A DNA stretch of 64,000 bases from an uncultured Acidobacteriota bacterium (GCA_963837345.1 CAWIMX010000001.1:2500211-2564210); one strand, 5' to 3'. Shown: positions 19,642 to 29,967, numbered from the stretch's first letter. The notes: generated by a model not told the origin, from the sequence alone. Made by a program: numbers and translations.

Positions 19642-19663
19642 CCGGGCGCCCGAAGGCGCCCGG
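19642..19663 (-). terminator. GC-rich hairpin after the SYLF gene (possible terminator, no clear U-tract)
   Basis: 9-bp stem CCGGGCGCC / GGCGCCCGG with a 4-nt loop (UUCG on the minus strand), 10 nt after the stop at 19673. Confidence 0.35.
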
Positions 19664-19672
19664 CGCGCCGGA

Positions 19673-20365
19673 CTACCGCTTGGAGACGGCTGGTGCGCTG
19701 TGGTGCTCGAGCGCCGACATGAACGCCTGGGCGGCCGCGGGCGCCTTCACGCTGTGATCCACGAGGATCGTGCGCGGCGTTGCCGTCGCGCCGTAGAGGT
19801 CGGCGTTGGCGTCCGTGTCGGGGTGCAGCACGCCGCCGTTGAGGTTGATGCCGGCAAACAAGCCCTGGGAACGCGAATACGACAGGATTTCGGCGTGCAG
19901 CTGGGCGTCGGTCATCGCGCGCGCGTCGCGTCCGACCGGCCCCCCCGCCACTGACGCTCCGGCGCCGAGGGTGACCTTGTCCTGCAGCAGGTGCGAGATT
20001 CCGTCGTCGTTCATCACGAGCAGGACGAGATCCACGGTTTCCCCGCCCAGCTGGAAGCCGACGCTGCCTTTCTCGAGCTCGATGAAAGCCGGCGCCGACC
20101 AGCCCGTCGGCGTGCGGCAGCTGATCAGGCCCTTGCCGTATTCGCCGCCGATGACGAACGCGGCCTTCTTGAGCGACGGAATCACCGTCACGCACGAGGC
20201 ATCGTCCCAGAGGTTCTGGGGAATGTCCTTGTCGGGCGTCTGATGGAGTTCGCGGAGCACCGTGGCGGCGTTGTCGATGCGTTCGGTTTCCGAATCGGTG
20301 ATCGCCGCGCTGGCCGCGACGCTGAATGCGAGCAGAGCGAGCGAGAGGGGATACAGAGATCGCAT
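19673..20365 (-). CDS. SYLF (Ysc84/DUF500) lipid-binding domain protein, secreted
   Basis: 230 aa with a signal peptide. Motifs VIPSLKKAAFVIGGEYGKG, GFQLGGE and LGAGASVAGGPVGR. Confidence 0.8.
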   Translation of the reverse strand: MRSLYPLSLALLAFSVAASAAITDSETERIDNAATVLRELHQTPDKDIPQNLWDDASCVTVIPSLKKAAFVIGGEYGKGLISCRTPTGWSAPAFIELEKGSVGFQLGGETVDLVLLVMNDDGISHLLQDKVTLGAGASVAGGPVGRDARAMTDAQLHAEILSYSRSQGLFAGINLNGGVLHPDTDANADLYGATATPRTILVDHSVKAPAAAQAFMSALEHHSAPAVSKR

Positions 20366-20420
20366 GTGGTTGATCCTCCTTCGCGGAGAGCGGGTGCAAG
20401 AGACGGGCCGCGTCGACGAA

Positions 20421-20813
20421 TCAGCCGCCGCTCGACAGTTGACGAGGGCCGCATACGCGCTTGATCTCGGCGATAAGCGCGTCCGGCCGGCACGGCTTCA
20501 GCAGGAAGGCGGCGAACGCCTGCTCGCCGTCGCGACCATCCTGGTCGTAGCCGCTCAGGGCGAGGACCGGAATCGCCGCCGTGTGCGGGTCGGCCTTGAG
20601 CGCGCGGGTGGCGGCCCATCCGTCGAGTCCGGGCAGCGACAGGTCCATGACGATGACGTCGGGGCGCTCGGCGGCCGCGAGCGCGAGGGCTTCCCGGCCG
20701 TCGGCGGCCAGCACGAGCTCCAGCCCGGACCACGAGAGATAGTGGGCGTACATGTCCCGCGAGTCCAGGGAGTCGTCGACGAGCAGGACGCGGATGCGGC
20801 CATCGGCGGTCAT
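20421..20813 (-). CDS. single-domain response regulator (CheY-like receiver)
   Basis: 130 aa from MTADGRIRVLLVDD (internal ATG at 20813). Phospho-acceptor context DVIVMDLSLPGLDG and conserved K in LLKP. Confidence 0.85.
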   Translation of the reverse strand: MTADGRIRVLLVDDSLDSRDMYAHYLSWSGLELVLAADGREALALAAAERPDVIVMDLSLPGLDGWAATRALKADPHTAAIPVLALSGYDQDGRDGEQAFAAFLLKPCRPDALIAEIKRVCGPRQLSSGG

Positions 20814-20830
20814 GCTCCAGCCGCCTGCGC

Positions 20831-21139
20831 TCAAGACGCGATCCGAAGCTCCGACCGCACGTCGGACACGCCCGGCGCCGCGCGAGCGACGGCGATCGCG
20901 CGATCCCGCTCGTCGGCGGTCGACACGGTCCCCGTCAGGGTCACGACGTGCTGGGACGTCTGCACCGTGATGTTCCGCGCCGAGAGATCCGGTGCGTTGA
21001 GCAGCGCCGTTCGCACGCGCGCCGTGATCGCCTGATCGTCCATCGAGGCGGTCACCGTGCGGCCGCACGCCGAGCACGACAGCACCGCGACGACTGCCAG
21101 GGCCCACGGCAGACTCCGTGATCGCGAATGACCCACCAC
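20831..21139 (-). CDS. BON domain lipoprotein
   Basis: Likely GTG start at 21139, 5 nt after GGAGGG. Lipobox LSCSAC and BON pattern ITVQTSQHVVTLTGTVST..ERD.A...A....GV..V...L. Confidence 0.7.
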   Translation of the reverse strand: MVGHSRSRSLPWALAVVAVLSCSACGRTVTASMDDQAITARVRTALLNAPDLSARNITVQTSQHVVTLTGTVSTADERDRAIAVARAAPGVSDVRSELRIAS

Positions 21140-21345
21140 GATCGCCCTCCTTTCGATGCACGCCCGTTCGGAGCGTGCGTGACGCTGCCGTCGAAGCACA
21201 GGATGTGCCACCCGGCCGTCGCGCGTGCGCGACCAAACGGTCCGCACCATGGACCCTCAGGTCGAGTAGAAATTACGTGCCGCCCCGCCGGGCTCCACCT
21301 CGAGCGCAACCGCCGCACGCGGGAGCCAGGTCGAACACGGAATCG

Positions 21346-23322
21346 GTGTGGCACGCATCGTGGATCGCTCATCTTGCCGTGGCCGCCCGAGTCGATTCCC
21401 CGTCCGTCCGCGCGGCTCGCGTCATCGCCTGCATCACGTTCGCCCTCCTGCCTGGCTCGGCGCTGTTGCCGTGCGCCGTCCTGCTGGCCCAGCAGCCGGA
21501 TCAGATCGCGGTGCGGTCGCTCGAGATTGCGGGCGCCCACGCATTCTCGGCGTCGCGCATCAAGTCGGTGATGTCGACGGCAGCGAGCGGACGATGGCCG
21601 TGGTCGCGCGTCCGGTACTTCGACCGATCCACGTTCGAGGCCGATCTCGATCGCATCAAGGCCTTCTACGCCGACCAGGGGTATCCCGACGCGCGGATCA
21701 CGTCGGTGGACGCGACACTCAGCGATGATCAGCGGTCCATCACGCTGGCCGTAACCGTCGACGAAGGGGAGCCGGTCCGTCTCGCGGCGATCGCGCTGAA
21801 CGGCTTCGACGACGCCCTGCCGGACGGGGCGGCGCGGCTGGTCCGCTCCCTGCCCATTCATGAAGGCGACATCGTCACCACGCCCGCGGTGAACGAGGCG
21901 CGGACGCTGGCGCTCCGCGATCTGAAGAACAGCGGCTATCCGAATGCGAAGGTCACGAGCGACGTGGAGAACACGGGCGACAAGCGTGTGCGGCTGGTGC
22001 TCGACGCCGATCCCGGCGAGCGCGCGGTCTTCGACGAGGTCCGAATCCGCGGCAACTCCAGCGTGAGCGACGCCGTGGTCAGGCGCGTCCTGGCGGTCCG
22101 GCCCGGTGCACCGTTCAGCCTGACGGCGATTCAGCAGAGCCAGCGCCGCCTCTACGATCTGGAGCTCTTTCAGTTCGCGACGGTCGAACCCGTCCTCGAT
22201 ACCGATGCGCCCGGCATCGTGCCGGTCGACGTCTCGGTCACCGAGGCAAAACACCGTCGCATCGAGCTGAGCGGCGGGTGGGGCACCGAAGAGCACCTCC
22301 GCGGCGACCTCACCTGGACCCACCTGAACTTCTTCGGGGGCGCCCGCAAGGCGACAGTCGAAGGGAAGTGGTCGTCGCTCGATCGCGGCCTTCGCACCTC
22401 CCTGACCGAGCCGTACGTCTTCCGGCGGGGCCTGTCGGTCACGGTGAGCGGGCAGGCGTGGTTCTCCGACGAGCCGGCGTACCAGCTCGACACCCGCGGC
22501 GGGCGCGTCACTCTGACCCGGGAACTGTCGAACCCCGATCCGATCACCGGCCGCGGCGCGTCGACGGCGATCTCGGGATCACTCAGCGTCGACGGCGAGA
22601 CCTTCGCCATCTCGACCGCCGCCCTGAACGACCTGAGCTTTCGCGACGAGCTCATCGCGCTCGGCCTCGATCCCCGCACGGGCCTCGGGCGGTCGCACCT
22701 CATTGCCCTGTCGCTGGATCTTCAGCGCACGACGACCGCCGATCCGCTGAACAGCACGCACGGCTACCTGATCGGACTGCACACGGAGAAGGGCGGCGGC
22801 TTTCTCCCGGGCGACTTCGACTACATCGAAACGACGGCGGAAGCGCGCTATTTCCTCCCGCTCGGCACGTCGATCGTGTTTGCCAACAGGGTGAAGGTCG
22901 GATCGATTCACTCGGGCGGCCCGCTCGCGATGAACGTGCCGTTCTTCAAGCGATACTTTCTCGGCGGAGCCACCAGCCTGCGCGGCTGGGGGCGATTCGA
23001 AGTGGCGCCGCTCAGCGGATCCGGACTGCCGCTCGGCGGCCACAGCATGCTCGAGCTGTCGTCGGAGCTCCGGCTGCTGCAGGTGTTCCACAATCTCGGT
23101 CTCGTGGCGTTCGTCGACGGCGGCAACGCCTGGGAGGAGTCGTGGCATCGTCCTGACAACCTGCGGTGGGACGCCGGCCCCGGCGTCCGCTATCAGACGC
23201 CCATCGGTCCGATTCGCGCCGATTTCGCCTTCGAGCTGACGCCCATCGAGAACCTCCTCGTGAACGGCAAGCCCAACCCGCCGACCTGGCGGCTGCAATT
23301 CAGCATCGGACAGGCGTTCTGA
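21346..23322 (+). CDS. tamA: TamA/BamA-family (Omp85) outer-membrane protein with POTRA domains
   Basis: POTRA-like repeats (FDRSTFEADLDRIKAFYADQGYPDARI...) and a C-terminal barrel ending RLQFSIGQAF. Start is uncertain (GTG 21346 or GTG 21379). It sits immediately upstream of tamB. Confidence 0.8.
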   Translation: MWHASWIAHLAVAARVDSPSVRAARVIACITFALLPGSALLPCAVLLAQQPDQIAVRSLEIAGAHAFSASRIKSVMSTAASGRWPWSRVRYFDRSTFEADLDRIKAFYADQGYPDARITSVDATLSDDQRSITLAVTVDEGEPVRLAAIALNGFDDALPDGAARLVRSLPIHEGDIVTTPAVNEARTLALRDLKNSGYPNAKVTSDVENTGDKRVRLVLDADPGERAVFDEVRIRGNSSVSDAVVRRVLAVRPGAPFSLTAIQQSQRRLYDLELFQFATVEPVLDTDAPGIVPVDVSVTEAKHRRIELSGGWGTEEHLRGDLTWTHLNFFGGARKATVEGKWSSLDRGLRTSLTEPYVFRRGLSVTVSGQAWFSDEPAYQLDTRGGRVTLTRELSNPDPITGRGASTAISGSLSVDGETFAISTAALNDLSFRDELIALGLDPRTGLGRSHLIALSLDLQRTTTADPLNSTHGYLIGLHTEKGGGFLPGDFDYIETTAEARYFLPLGTSIVFANRVKVGSIHSGGPLAMNVPFFKRYFLGGATSLRGWGRFEVAPLSGSGLPLGGHSMLELSSELRLLQVFHNLGLVAFVDGGNAWEESWHRPDNLRWDAGPGVRYQTPIGPIRADFAFELTPIENLLVNGKPNPPTWRLQFSIGQAF

Positions 23323-23324
23323 CG

Positions 23325-26300
23325 ATGGCCGCGCATCGGGTCGCCCGGATCGCTGTCGCGCTGCTGGGCGGCCTGGTGGCGCTCGCCCTGCTGGCGTGGC
23401 TGGGGATCCAGGCGCCGGCGTTCCGCAACTGGGCGCGCGGCAGGGCCGAGCAGGTCGCGAACGGCCTCATTCGCGGCGACGTCACCATCGGCAGCCTCGG
23501 CGGCAGCCTGCTCTCCGGCGTCGAGCTGCGCGACGTGGCTGTTCACACCGATCTCGGCGAGGTGGTGACGATCGATCGGGTCGGCGTGACCTATGCGCCA
23601 ACCGATCTGATCGGCCATCAGATCGTGCTGCGCTCGCTGCGCCTCGACCACCCGAGGGTGACACTCATCCAGACGGACGCCGGCTGGAATCTCGCGTCGT
23701 TGCTGGAGCCGCGCCAGCCGGGCGCCGGGCCGAGCCAGCGTGGCGTGACGGTCGAGACCCTCGAGATCCGGAACGCCCGGATCACGATTGAGTCGCGAGC
23801 AGACGCCCATGCATCCGTCCGCCTGCCGCGCGACATCGACAGTCTCGATGTCGACGCGTTCTTTGAATACACGCCGGCAGCGCTCTCCGTGTCCGTGGAT
23901 TCCCTCGCCTTCAAGGCGCAGAATCCGCCGTTGACCGTGCGGGCGATGTCGGGCGGCATCAGCCGGTCGGGCGGCCGTCTGGCTTTCGACAAACTGACGG
24001 TCGAGACCGCCCGGAGCCATGTGACGCTCGACGGCACCTACGAGACACAGAGCCAGCCGGCCCGCCTCCAGCTGCACATGACGAGCGCTCCGCTCGTGTT
24101 CGCGGAACTCTCCGGCATCGTCCCGGCGCTCGAGCGGTACCGCCTGGCGCCGTCGATCGACGCCAGCCTCGAAGGGCCGCTCGACGCGCTGCAGACCGAG
24201 GCCTCCGTCCACGACCCGACCGCCGGTCGCGTCGACGCCCAGCTCGTGCTCGACCTCGCGGGGCCCGCCGAGCACGCGCGGGGCTCGGCGATCACGCGCG
24301 AGCTCGATCTCGAGCCGGTGCTCGGCTCTGACCGCTGGAAGACGTCGCTTTCGACGACGGCCTCGATCGATCTGAGCACGATGGGCGGCTGGTCGGTGAG
24401 CGCGCTGAACGGACGCTTCGACGTGTCGGGCGACGACGTCGAGGCGTTCGGGTTCGAGGCGTCCCATCTCGACGCCTCGGGGCGCCTCGCCGACGGGACC
24501 GCCGACGTGGATGCCAGCGGCCGCGCCTACGACGCGACGGTGATGACCAGCGCGCGCCTCGCGCTCGGCGCGACGCCCATCACGTACGAGCTGACCGGCC
24601 ACGTGGCGTCGCTCAATCTCCGTCGGCTTCCGCCGTCGGTCGGCGCGCCACGCCTCGACAGCCGGATCGACGCCGCCTACCGGATCGAGGGCGAAGGCTC
24701 GCAGGTTCACGGCTCGCTGGAGTTCGGCGACAGCGCCATCGAGGGCGCCGCCGTCGGCCGCAGCGCGACGGCCACCTTCGCCCTGGGCGGCGGGCGTCCG
24801 GCATACGGCTTCGCGGGCGACGTCGCGCATCTCGATCTGCAACGGTTCGGCCGGGCCTTGTCGATCGCCGCGCTCGACGACGCCCGGCTTGCCAGCGACA
24901 TCAGCGGACGGGTCGCGGTGGATGGCGCCGGCGCCGCGCTCGCCACTCTCCGGCTGCACGCCCAGGGCACGATCGGGCCATCGCGCCTCGTCGGGGCGGA
25001 CGTCCCGTCGTTGACGTTCGACGCGACGCTCGCTGACAAGAGGCTGGAGCTCAGCGCCCAGGGCGGCGTGCAGAAGCTCGAGCTGGGCCGGGCGGCTCCC
25101 GGCCGGAACCTGTCGGGCACGATGAACGCGCAGTTCGATCTTGCCGGCTCGATCGATCCGGTCGACGGGCCGCTGGACGCAGACAGCGTGAGCATGAAGG
25201 GACGCGTGGCGATGGATGCGTCGCGGGTGGACGACCTGGTCATCGATCGGGCGGAAGTGGCGGGCAGCTACGCCCATCGCGTCGCGCAGCTCACGACGGT
25301 CACCGTGGATGGCCCCGACCTTCACGTCTCGGCTTCCGGACCGCTGTCGCTCGCCCCGGGCACGTCGTCGCGTCTGCAGTATTCGGCGGATGCCACCGAC
25401 CTCGAGACGCTGCGCGCGCTGGCCGGGCAGGACATCGGAGGCACGGCACATGTCGAAGGGACGGTCACCGGCGATCGCGATCGGCTCACGGCGTCGGGCC
25501 CGATTCACCTCACACGCTTCACCTACGGCGGCGTGGTGGACACGCTGACGGCCGACGGCCAGTACACGCTCGCGATGCCGGACCTCGACCCGTCGCAGGT
25601 GTCGGTGCAGGCCTCGTTGAACTCGACGCTGCTCACGCTCGAGGGACGCGAGCTGACCAGCGCGTCGGCGACCGTCGAGTACCGCCAGAGGACGCTCACG
25701 TTCGACACGACCCTGCGCCAGGGCGATCGGACGGCCACCGCGCAGGGGCGGGCGGTGATCCGAACGGGTCAGCAGGAAATTCATCTCCAGCGCCTCTCGC
25801 TCGGCACCACGGGCGTCGTGTGGGCGAATCCCACCGACCGCACCATCGACATCGACTACGGCGAGGGGGTCGTCCGGCTCGACCATGTCACCCTTGCGTC
25901 GGACACGCAACGGATCACGGCCGACGGCACGCTGGCCATCGACGAGGGCCGCGCCGGCACACTCGAGGTGGAGGCGACCGACGTCAACCTGAACGCGCTC
26001 GGGCACCTGCTGCTGCTCGATCGCGAGCTCGTCGGCCGGATGAATGCCACGGCGACCGTGAAGGGCGGACCGACGTCGCGGACCGTGACCGGCCGCGCCA
26101 CCGTGCAACAGGGAGCGGTGGATCAGTTCGTGTTCGACTCGCTCGAGGCCTCGGTCGAGTACGCGGCCGACGTCGCCCGCCTCGACGCGACGCTGGTCCA
26201 GCAGCCGGGCGCGACGCTGCGTGTCGCCGGCGCGGTGCCGATTGGCGGCGGGGGCGCGCTCGACCTGCACGTGACGAGCACGCCCATCGATCTCGCCGTG

Positions 26301-27623
26301 GTTCGGGCCGCCACCACCGCGCTCAGCGGCCTGACGGGCACGGTTGAGCTGAACGCCGAGGTGACGGGCACGCTCGATGCGCCCCAGGTGCAGGGCCTGG
26401 TGAACGTGGCGGATGGCGGGTTCACCGTGGAACCGACCGGGGTGAGCTACAGCGGGCTGCAGGCCCAGATCCAGTTCGACGGCGACAGCGCGACGGTGCG
26501 CGACCTGCGGATCGAGGACGATGGCGGCGACCCGCTCACGGTGACGGGCGAGTTCGGCGTGGAGGGTCGCCGCATCAGCGACATCAGCGTCACCGCCGCC
26601 GCCGACCATTTTCAAGTCCTCGAGAACGACATCGGCAACGTGGCGATCAACCTGAATCTCAGTCTGGCGGGATCGCTCGGATCGCCGCGTGTCGACGGGA
26701 GCCTGCGCGTGGACACGGGGCGTCTCGACGTGGGCACGCTGCTCGAACGCGTGACGGCGAACCCCTATCAGACGCGGCCGGTCGCGGCGGAAGCCTCGGC
26801 GGCCGCCCCGTCGCCGGGTCCGTGGGGGAACCTCACGCTCAATCTGTCGATCGAGGTGCCCGACAACCTGATCCTGCGCGGCAGCGATATCCGCACGACG
26901 GGCGGTCCGGCGCTCGGCAGCCTGAACGCGACGGTCGGAGGCACGTTCCGTCTGGTCAAGGACCCGGGCGGCGAGATCGGCCTGCTCGGCACCGTGCAGA
27001 CCGTGCGCGGCATCTACGAATTCCAGGGGCGGCAGTTCACGCTGCGCCGGAACGGCACGATCGAGTTCCGGAGCGAGCGTCCGATCGATCCGGCGCTCGC
27101 CCTCACCGCCGAGCGGGAGGTGTCGGGAGTGGTCGTGGACGTGTCGATCGGCGGAACGGCGCGCGATCCGAAGCTGAGTCTCTCGAGCGATCCCCCGATG
27201 AGCGAGACCGACATTCTGTCGCTCATCGTGTTCAATCAGCCGGCGAATCAGCTGGGGGAGGGGCAGCGCGCGTCGCTCGGCGAGCGCGCGGCGTCGCTCG
27301 CGAGCGGCGCCGTGGCGAGCGCGCTCAGCCAGTCGCTCGAAGAGGCGCTGAATCTCACGGTGTTCGAGGTGCAGACCGCGTCGGCCGAAGCCGGCGGCGC
27401 GCCCTCGGTGACGATCGGGAAGCAGATCAACGAGGCGCTGTTCGTGCAGCTGCAGCAGCTGTTCGGCGCCCAGCAGGTGAGCCGGCTGCTGATCGAGTAC
27501 GAGCTCAATACCTTTCTGCGGCTCCAGGCCGAGGTGTCGGACGGCAAAGGCCTCGCAAATCGATCGCTCACGCGCCGCATCGAGCGCGGCGGCCTGGATC
27601 TGGTGCTGTATCTGCGGTACTAA
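23325..27623 (+). CDS. tamB: TamB (translocation and assembly module, DUF490/AsmA-like)
   Basis: 1432 aa from MAAHRVARIAV (ATG 23325, 2 nt after the tamA stop). N-terminal TM anchor, long beta-rich body, and a C-terminal DUF490-like ...LSSDPPMSETDILSLIVFNQP...GKQINEALFVQ... Confidence 0.85.
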   Translation: MAAHRVARIAVALLGGLVALALLAWLGIQAPAFRNWARGRAEQVANGLIRGDVTIGSLGGSLLSGVELRDVAVHTDLGEVVTIDRVGVTYAPTDLIGHQIVLRSLRLDHPRVTLIQTDAGWNLASLLEPRQPGAGPSQRGVTVETLEIRNARITIESRADAHASVRLPRDIDSLDVDAFFEYTPAALSVSVDSLAFKAQNPPLTVRAMSGGISRSGGRLAFDKLTVETARSHVTLDGTYETQSQPARLQLHMTSAPLVFAELSGIVPALERYRLAPSIDASLEGPLDALQTEASVHDPTAGRVDAQLVLDLAGPAEHARGSAITRELDLEPVLGSDRWKTSLSTTASIDLSTMGGWSVSALNGRFDVSGDDVEAFGFEASHLDASGRLADGTADVDASGRAYDATVMTSARLALGATPITYELTGHVASLNLRRLPPSVGAPRLDSRIDAAYRIEGEGSQVHGSLEFGDSAIEGAAVGRSATATFALGGGRPAYGFAGDVAHLDLQRFGRALSIAALDDARLASDISGRVAVDGAGAALATLRLHAQGTIGPSRLVGADVPSLTFDATLADKRLELSAQGGVQKLELGRAAPGRNLSGTMNAQFDLAGSIDPVDGPLDADSVSMKGRVAMDASRVDDLVIDRAEVAGSYAHRVAQLTTVTVDGPDLHVSASGPLSLAPGTSSRLQYSADATDLETLRALAGQDIGGTAHVEGTVTGDRDRLTASGPIHLTRFTYGGVVDTLTADGQYTLAMPDLDPSQVSVQASLNSTLLTLEGRELTSASATVEYRQRTLTFDTTLRQGDRTATAQGRAVIRTGQQEIHLQRLSLGTTGVVWANPTDRTIDIDYGEGVVRLDHVTLASDTQRITADGTLAIDEGRAGTLEVEATDVNLNALGHLLLLDRELVGRMNATATVKGGPTSRTVTGRATVQQGAVDQFVFDSLEASVEYAADVARLDATLVQQPGATLRVAGAVPIGGGGALDLHVTSTPIDLAVVRAATTALSGLTGTVELNAEVTGTLDAPQVQGLVNVADGGFTVEPTGVSYSGLQAQIQFDGDSATVRDLRIEDDGGDPLTVTGEFGVEGRRISDISVTAAADHFQVLENDIGNVAINLNLSLAGSLGSPRVDGSLRVDTGRLDVGTLLERVTANPYQTRPVAAEASAAAPSPGPWGNLTLNLSIEVPDNLILRGSDIRTTGGPALGSLNATVGGTFRLVKDPGGEIGLLGTVQTVRGIYEFQGRQFTLRRNGTIEFRSERPIDPALALTAEREVSGVVVDVSIGGTARDPKLSLSSDPPMSETDILSLIVFNQPANQLGEGQRASLGERAASLASGAVASALSQSLEEALNLTVFEVQTASAEAGGAPSVTIGKQINEALFVQLQQLFGAQQVSRLLIEYELNTFLRLQAEVSDGKGLANRSLTRRIERGGLDLVLYLRY

Positions 27624-27629
27624 GGCAGG

Positions 27630-29012
27630 TCAGGACAGGGCGTTGGCGTCGGCCTCGCGGTACGAGACCAGGCGGTTGTAGAGCGTCTTGAGGCTCATGC
27701 CGAGCATTTCGGCGGTCTTGGTCTTGTTGCCGTCGCAGCACCGGAGCGTGGCGAGGATGAGCCGGCGCTCGACCTCCGCGATGGGCGTGCCGATCTTGAC
27801 CGTGATCACGTCGGTGTTCTCAGGCGGCTTGACCTCGGGCGCCGGCACCGTGAAGTGCTCGAGCGCGATATGGTCGGCCGTGATTTCCTCGTCGGCCAGG
27901 ATGTAGGCCGAGTGCACGACGTTGCGGAGCTCGCGCACGTTGCCCGGCCACGAGTATTCGCCCAGCCGCGCGATCGCCTCCGTGGAGAAGCGCTTCTGCG
28001 TGCCTTCCGCGCGGTTGAACTCGTCGAGGAACCACTGGGCCAGCAGCGGAATGTCGTCGCGGCGGTCGCGGAGGGCCGGCAGGTGCAGCTGGAACACTTT
28101 GAGCCGGTAGTAGAGATCCTCGCGCAGCTTGCCGACGTCGATCGCGTCGTGCACGTTGCGGTTCGAGGCGGCGATGATGCGGATGTCGACCGAGAGCGGC
28201 TCTTCGCCGCCCAGCCGGACGAAGTTGCCGGTTTCGAGCACGCGGAGCAGCTTGGTCTGCAGCTCGATCGGCATCTCGGTGATCTCGTCGAGAAACAACG
28301 TGCCGCGGGTGGCCCGCTCGAAGTAGCCCTTGTGGCGCCGATCGGCGCCGGTGAAGCTGCCGCGTTCGTGCCCGAAGAGCTCGCTTTCGATCAGTGTCGG
28401 TGAGACGGCGCCGCAGTTCACGGGCACATAGGGACCGAGCCGCCGCCGGCTCAGCTCGTGAATCGTGCGCGCGACCATGTCCTTGCCCGTGCCGCTCTCG
28501 CCCGAGATGAGCACGCTCGCGCTGCTCGGGGCGATCTTCGCGATGAGCTCGCACGTCCGGCGAATCGCCGCCGACAGCCCCACGATGCTGCCGAAGCGGC
28601 CGAGCGAGGCCTGCTCGGTGCGCAGCGCGCGGATCTCGTTGGGCAGGCTGCTCGTTTTCGCGATGTCGCCGAGAATCGCCCGCAGCCGCGAGATGTCGAC
28701 CGGCTTGGTGAGGTAGTCGGTGACGCCCCGCCGCAGCGCTTCGATCGCGGTGTCGACGCTGGCGTGCCCCGTGATCAGAATCACCGCCGGTCCCGCGAGA
28801 CCGTCGAGCGCGTCGAGCACGGTCATGCCGCTCGCGTCGGGCAGGTTCAGATCGACCAGCACGACGTCGGGCACGCGTTCGGCAAGCTCGGCGCGCGCGC
28901 GCTCGGCCGTGGGCGCGAGCGACACGGTGTAGCCCTCGGCGCTCACAAGGGCCTCCATCGCCTGCAGCGTATCGGGGCTGTCGTCGACGACCAGGGCGTG
29001 CGGCTGCGGCAT
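27630..29012 (-). CDS. sigma-54-dependent response regulator (NtrC family: receiver, AAA+, HTH)
   Basis: 460 aa. Receiver (VVDDSP...VLVDLNLPD), Walker A GESGTGKD, GAFTGA-like loop ERGSFTGA, and C-terminal HTH (KTKTAEMLGMSLKTLYNRL). Confidence 0.9.
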   Translation of the reverse strand: MPQPHALVVDDSPDTLQAMEALVSAEGYTVSLAPTAERARAELAERVPDVVLVDLNLPDASGMTVLDALDGLAGPAVILITGHASVDTAIEALRRGVTDYLTKPVDISRLRAILGDIAKTSSLPNEIRALRTEQASLGRFGSIVGLSAAIRRTCELIAKIAPSSASVLISGESGTGKDMVARTIHELSRRRLGPYVPVNCGAVSPTLIESELFGHERGSFTGADRRHKGYFERATRGTLFLDEITEMPIELQTKLLRVLETGNFVRLGGEEPLSVDIRIIAASNRNVHDAIDVGKLREDLYYRLKVFQLHLPALRDRRDDIPLLAQWFLDEFNRAEGTQKRFSTEAIARLGEYSWPGNVRELRNVVHSAYILADEEITADHIALEHFTVPAPEVKPPENTDVITVKIGTPIAEVERRLILATLRCCDGNKTKTAEMLGMSLKTLYNRLVSYREADANALS

Positions 29013-29015
29013 GGG

Positions 29016-29741
29016 TCAGCTCGAAACGGCGTGCGCCAGCTCGATCGCGAACGTGCTGCCGCCGTCGGAATTGGCGTGGTGGGAAATCGTCCCCCCGTGG
29101 CCCTCGACGATGGCCCGCGCGACGGGGAGGCCCAGGCCGGTGCCGTCCGGTTTCGTCGTGAAGTGGAGGCGCCAGATCTCGTCGCGCCATTCGGGCGCGA
29201 CGCCCGCCCCGCTGTCCGAGATCCGCACCGACGGCGCCGGCGTTCCGGCCACCGTCACGTCGAGGCGGCCGCCGCGCGGCATCGCGTCGAGCGCGTTCAC
29301 GAGCAGCGCGAGCACCGCCGACTGCAGCCGGTCGACGAAGCCCGTGACCATCACGGGCCCCGCGCTCGTGAACGACACCTCCACGTTCTGGCGCGTCGCG
29401 CGGGCCGCGATCAGCTCCAGCTGGCGGTGGCACAGATCCACGAGGTCGATCCGTCCGGGCGCGTCGACGTCGGCGTGGCGGCTGCCGAGGAGCCCGTCGA
29501 GCGACCGGTCGAGCTGGCGCAACTTGCGGTGCAGCACGTCCACGCACCGAGCGGCCTGCTCGGCCGTCAGCGGGTAGCTCGCCGGGTTCTGCGCATAGCG
29601 CGACAGCAGTTCGACGTTCATCGTGATGACGTTCAAGACGCCCTTGAGGTCGTGCGCCGCGTCGCGTGCGAGCGACGCCAGCGCCGCATCGCGGGCCGCA
29701 TGGCGGAGCGACTGCTCGATCTTACCTGCATCGTCAGTCAT
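29016..29741 (-). CDS. sensor-less histidine kinase (HisKA plus HATPase_c only)
   Basis: H-box AAHDLKGVLNVI. N/G boxes (LLVNALDAMP, DSGAGV, TKPDGTGLGLPVA). ATG at 29741 is preferred over the TTG at 29786. No TM or sensor domain is visible. Confidence 0.8.
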   Translation of the reverse strand: MTDDAGKIEQSLRHAARDAALASLARDAAHDLKGVLNVITMNVELLSRYAQNPASYPLTAEQAARCVDVLHRKLRQLDRSLDGLLGSRHADVDAPGRIDLVDLCHRQLELIAARATRQNVEVSFTSAGPVMVTGFVDRLQSAVLALLVNALDAMPRGGRLDVTVAGTPAPSVRISDSGAGVAPEWRDEIWRLHFTTKPDGTGLGLPVARAIVEGHGGTISHHANSDGGSTFAIELAHAVSS

Positions 29742-29917
29742 CGGCACACTGAGGAACGTATACCTTGGTTCTGCGATCGAGGGCAAGAGCCGGCGCCCTG
29801 CGCCCGCCCAACGGGCACGACCTGCGTGGAGGGGCGCCGAAACACGAGATGCCGGTGAATGGATTCGGTCCTATGAGGCGCGAACGGTAAGAATTACCCG
29901 CGCGCGCGGGTGTCATG

Positions 29918-29954
29918 AAAAAAACGGGTGGTGCCGGCCGCCGGCCGGCCTTTT
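29918..29954. terminator. putative bidirectional rho-independent terminator
   Basis: A7 tract (29918-29924), 7-bp stem GCCGGCC / GGCCGGC (29933-29949, 3-nt loop), then CTTTT. It lies 18 nt downstream of the stop of the minus-strand small ORF at 29968. The adjacent 16-nt palindrome ACCCGCGCGCGCGGGT is at 29896-29911. Confidence 0.5.
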
Positions 29955-29967
29955 GCTGATCCCCTTC

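Noticed and set aside
23193-26615. 1140-aa minus-strand ORF opposite tamB. Similar long shadow ORFs exist at 8878..12411, 13166..16192, 2094..3521, 7413..9620, 43955..46540 and 55589..57277.
   Set aside because: All are antisense or out of frame relative to genes with clear family motifs. All have Arg/Gly/Ala/Asp-rich composition without recognisable domains. They are GC-driven artefacts.
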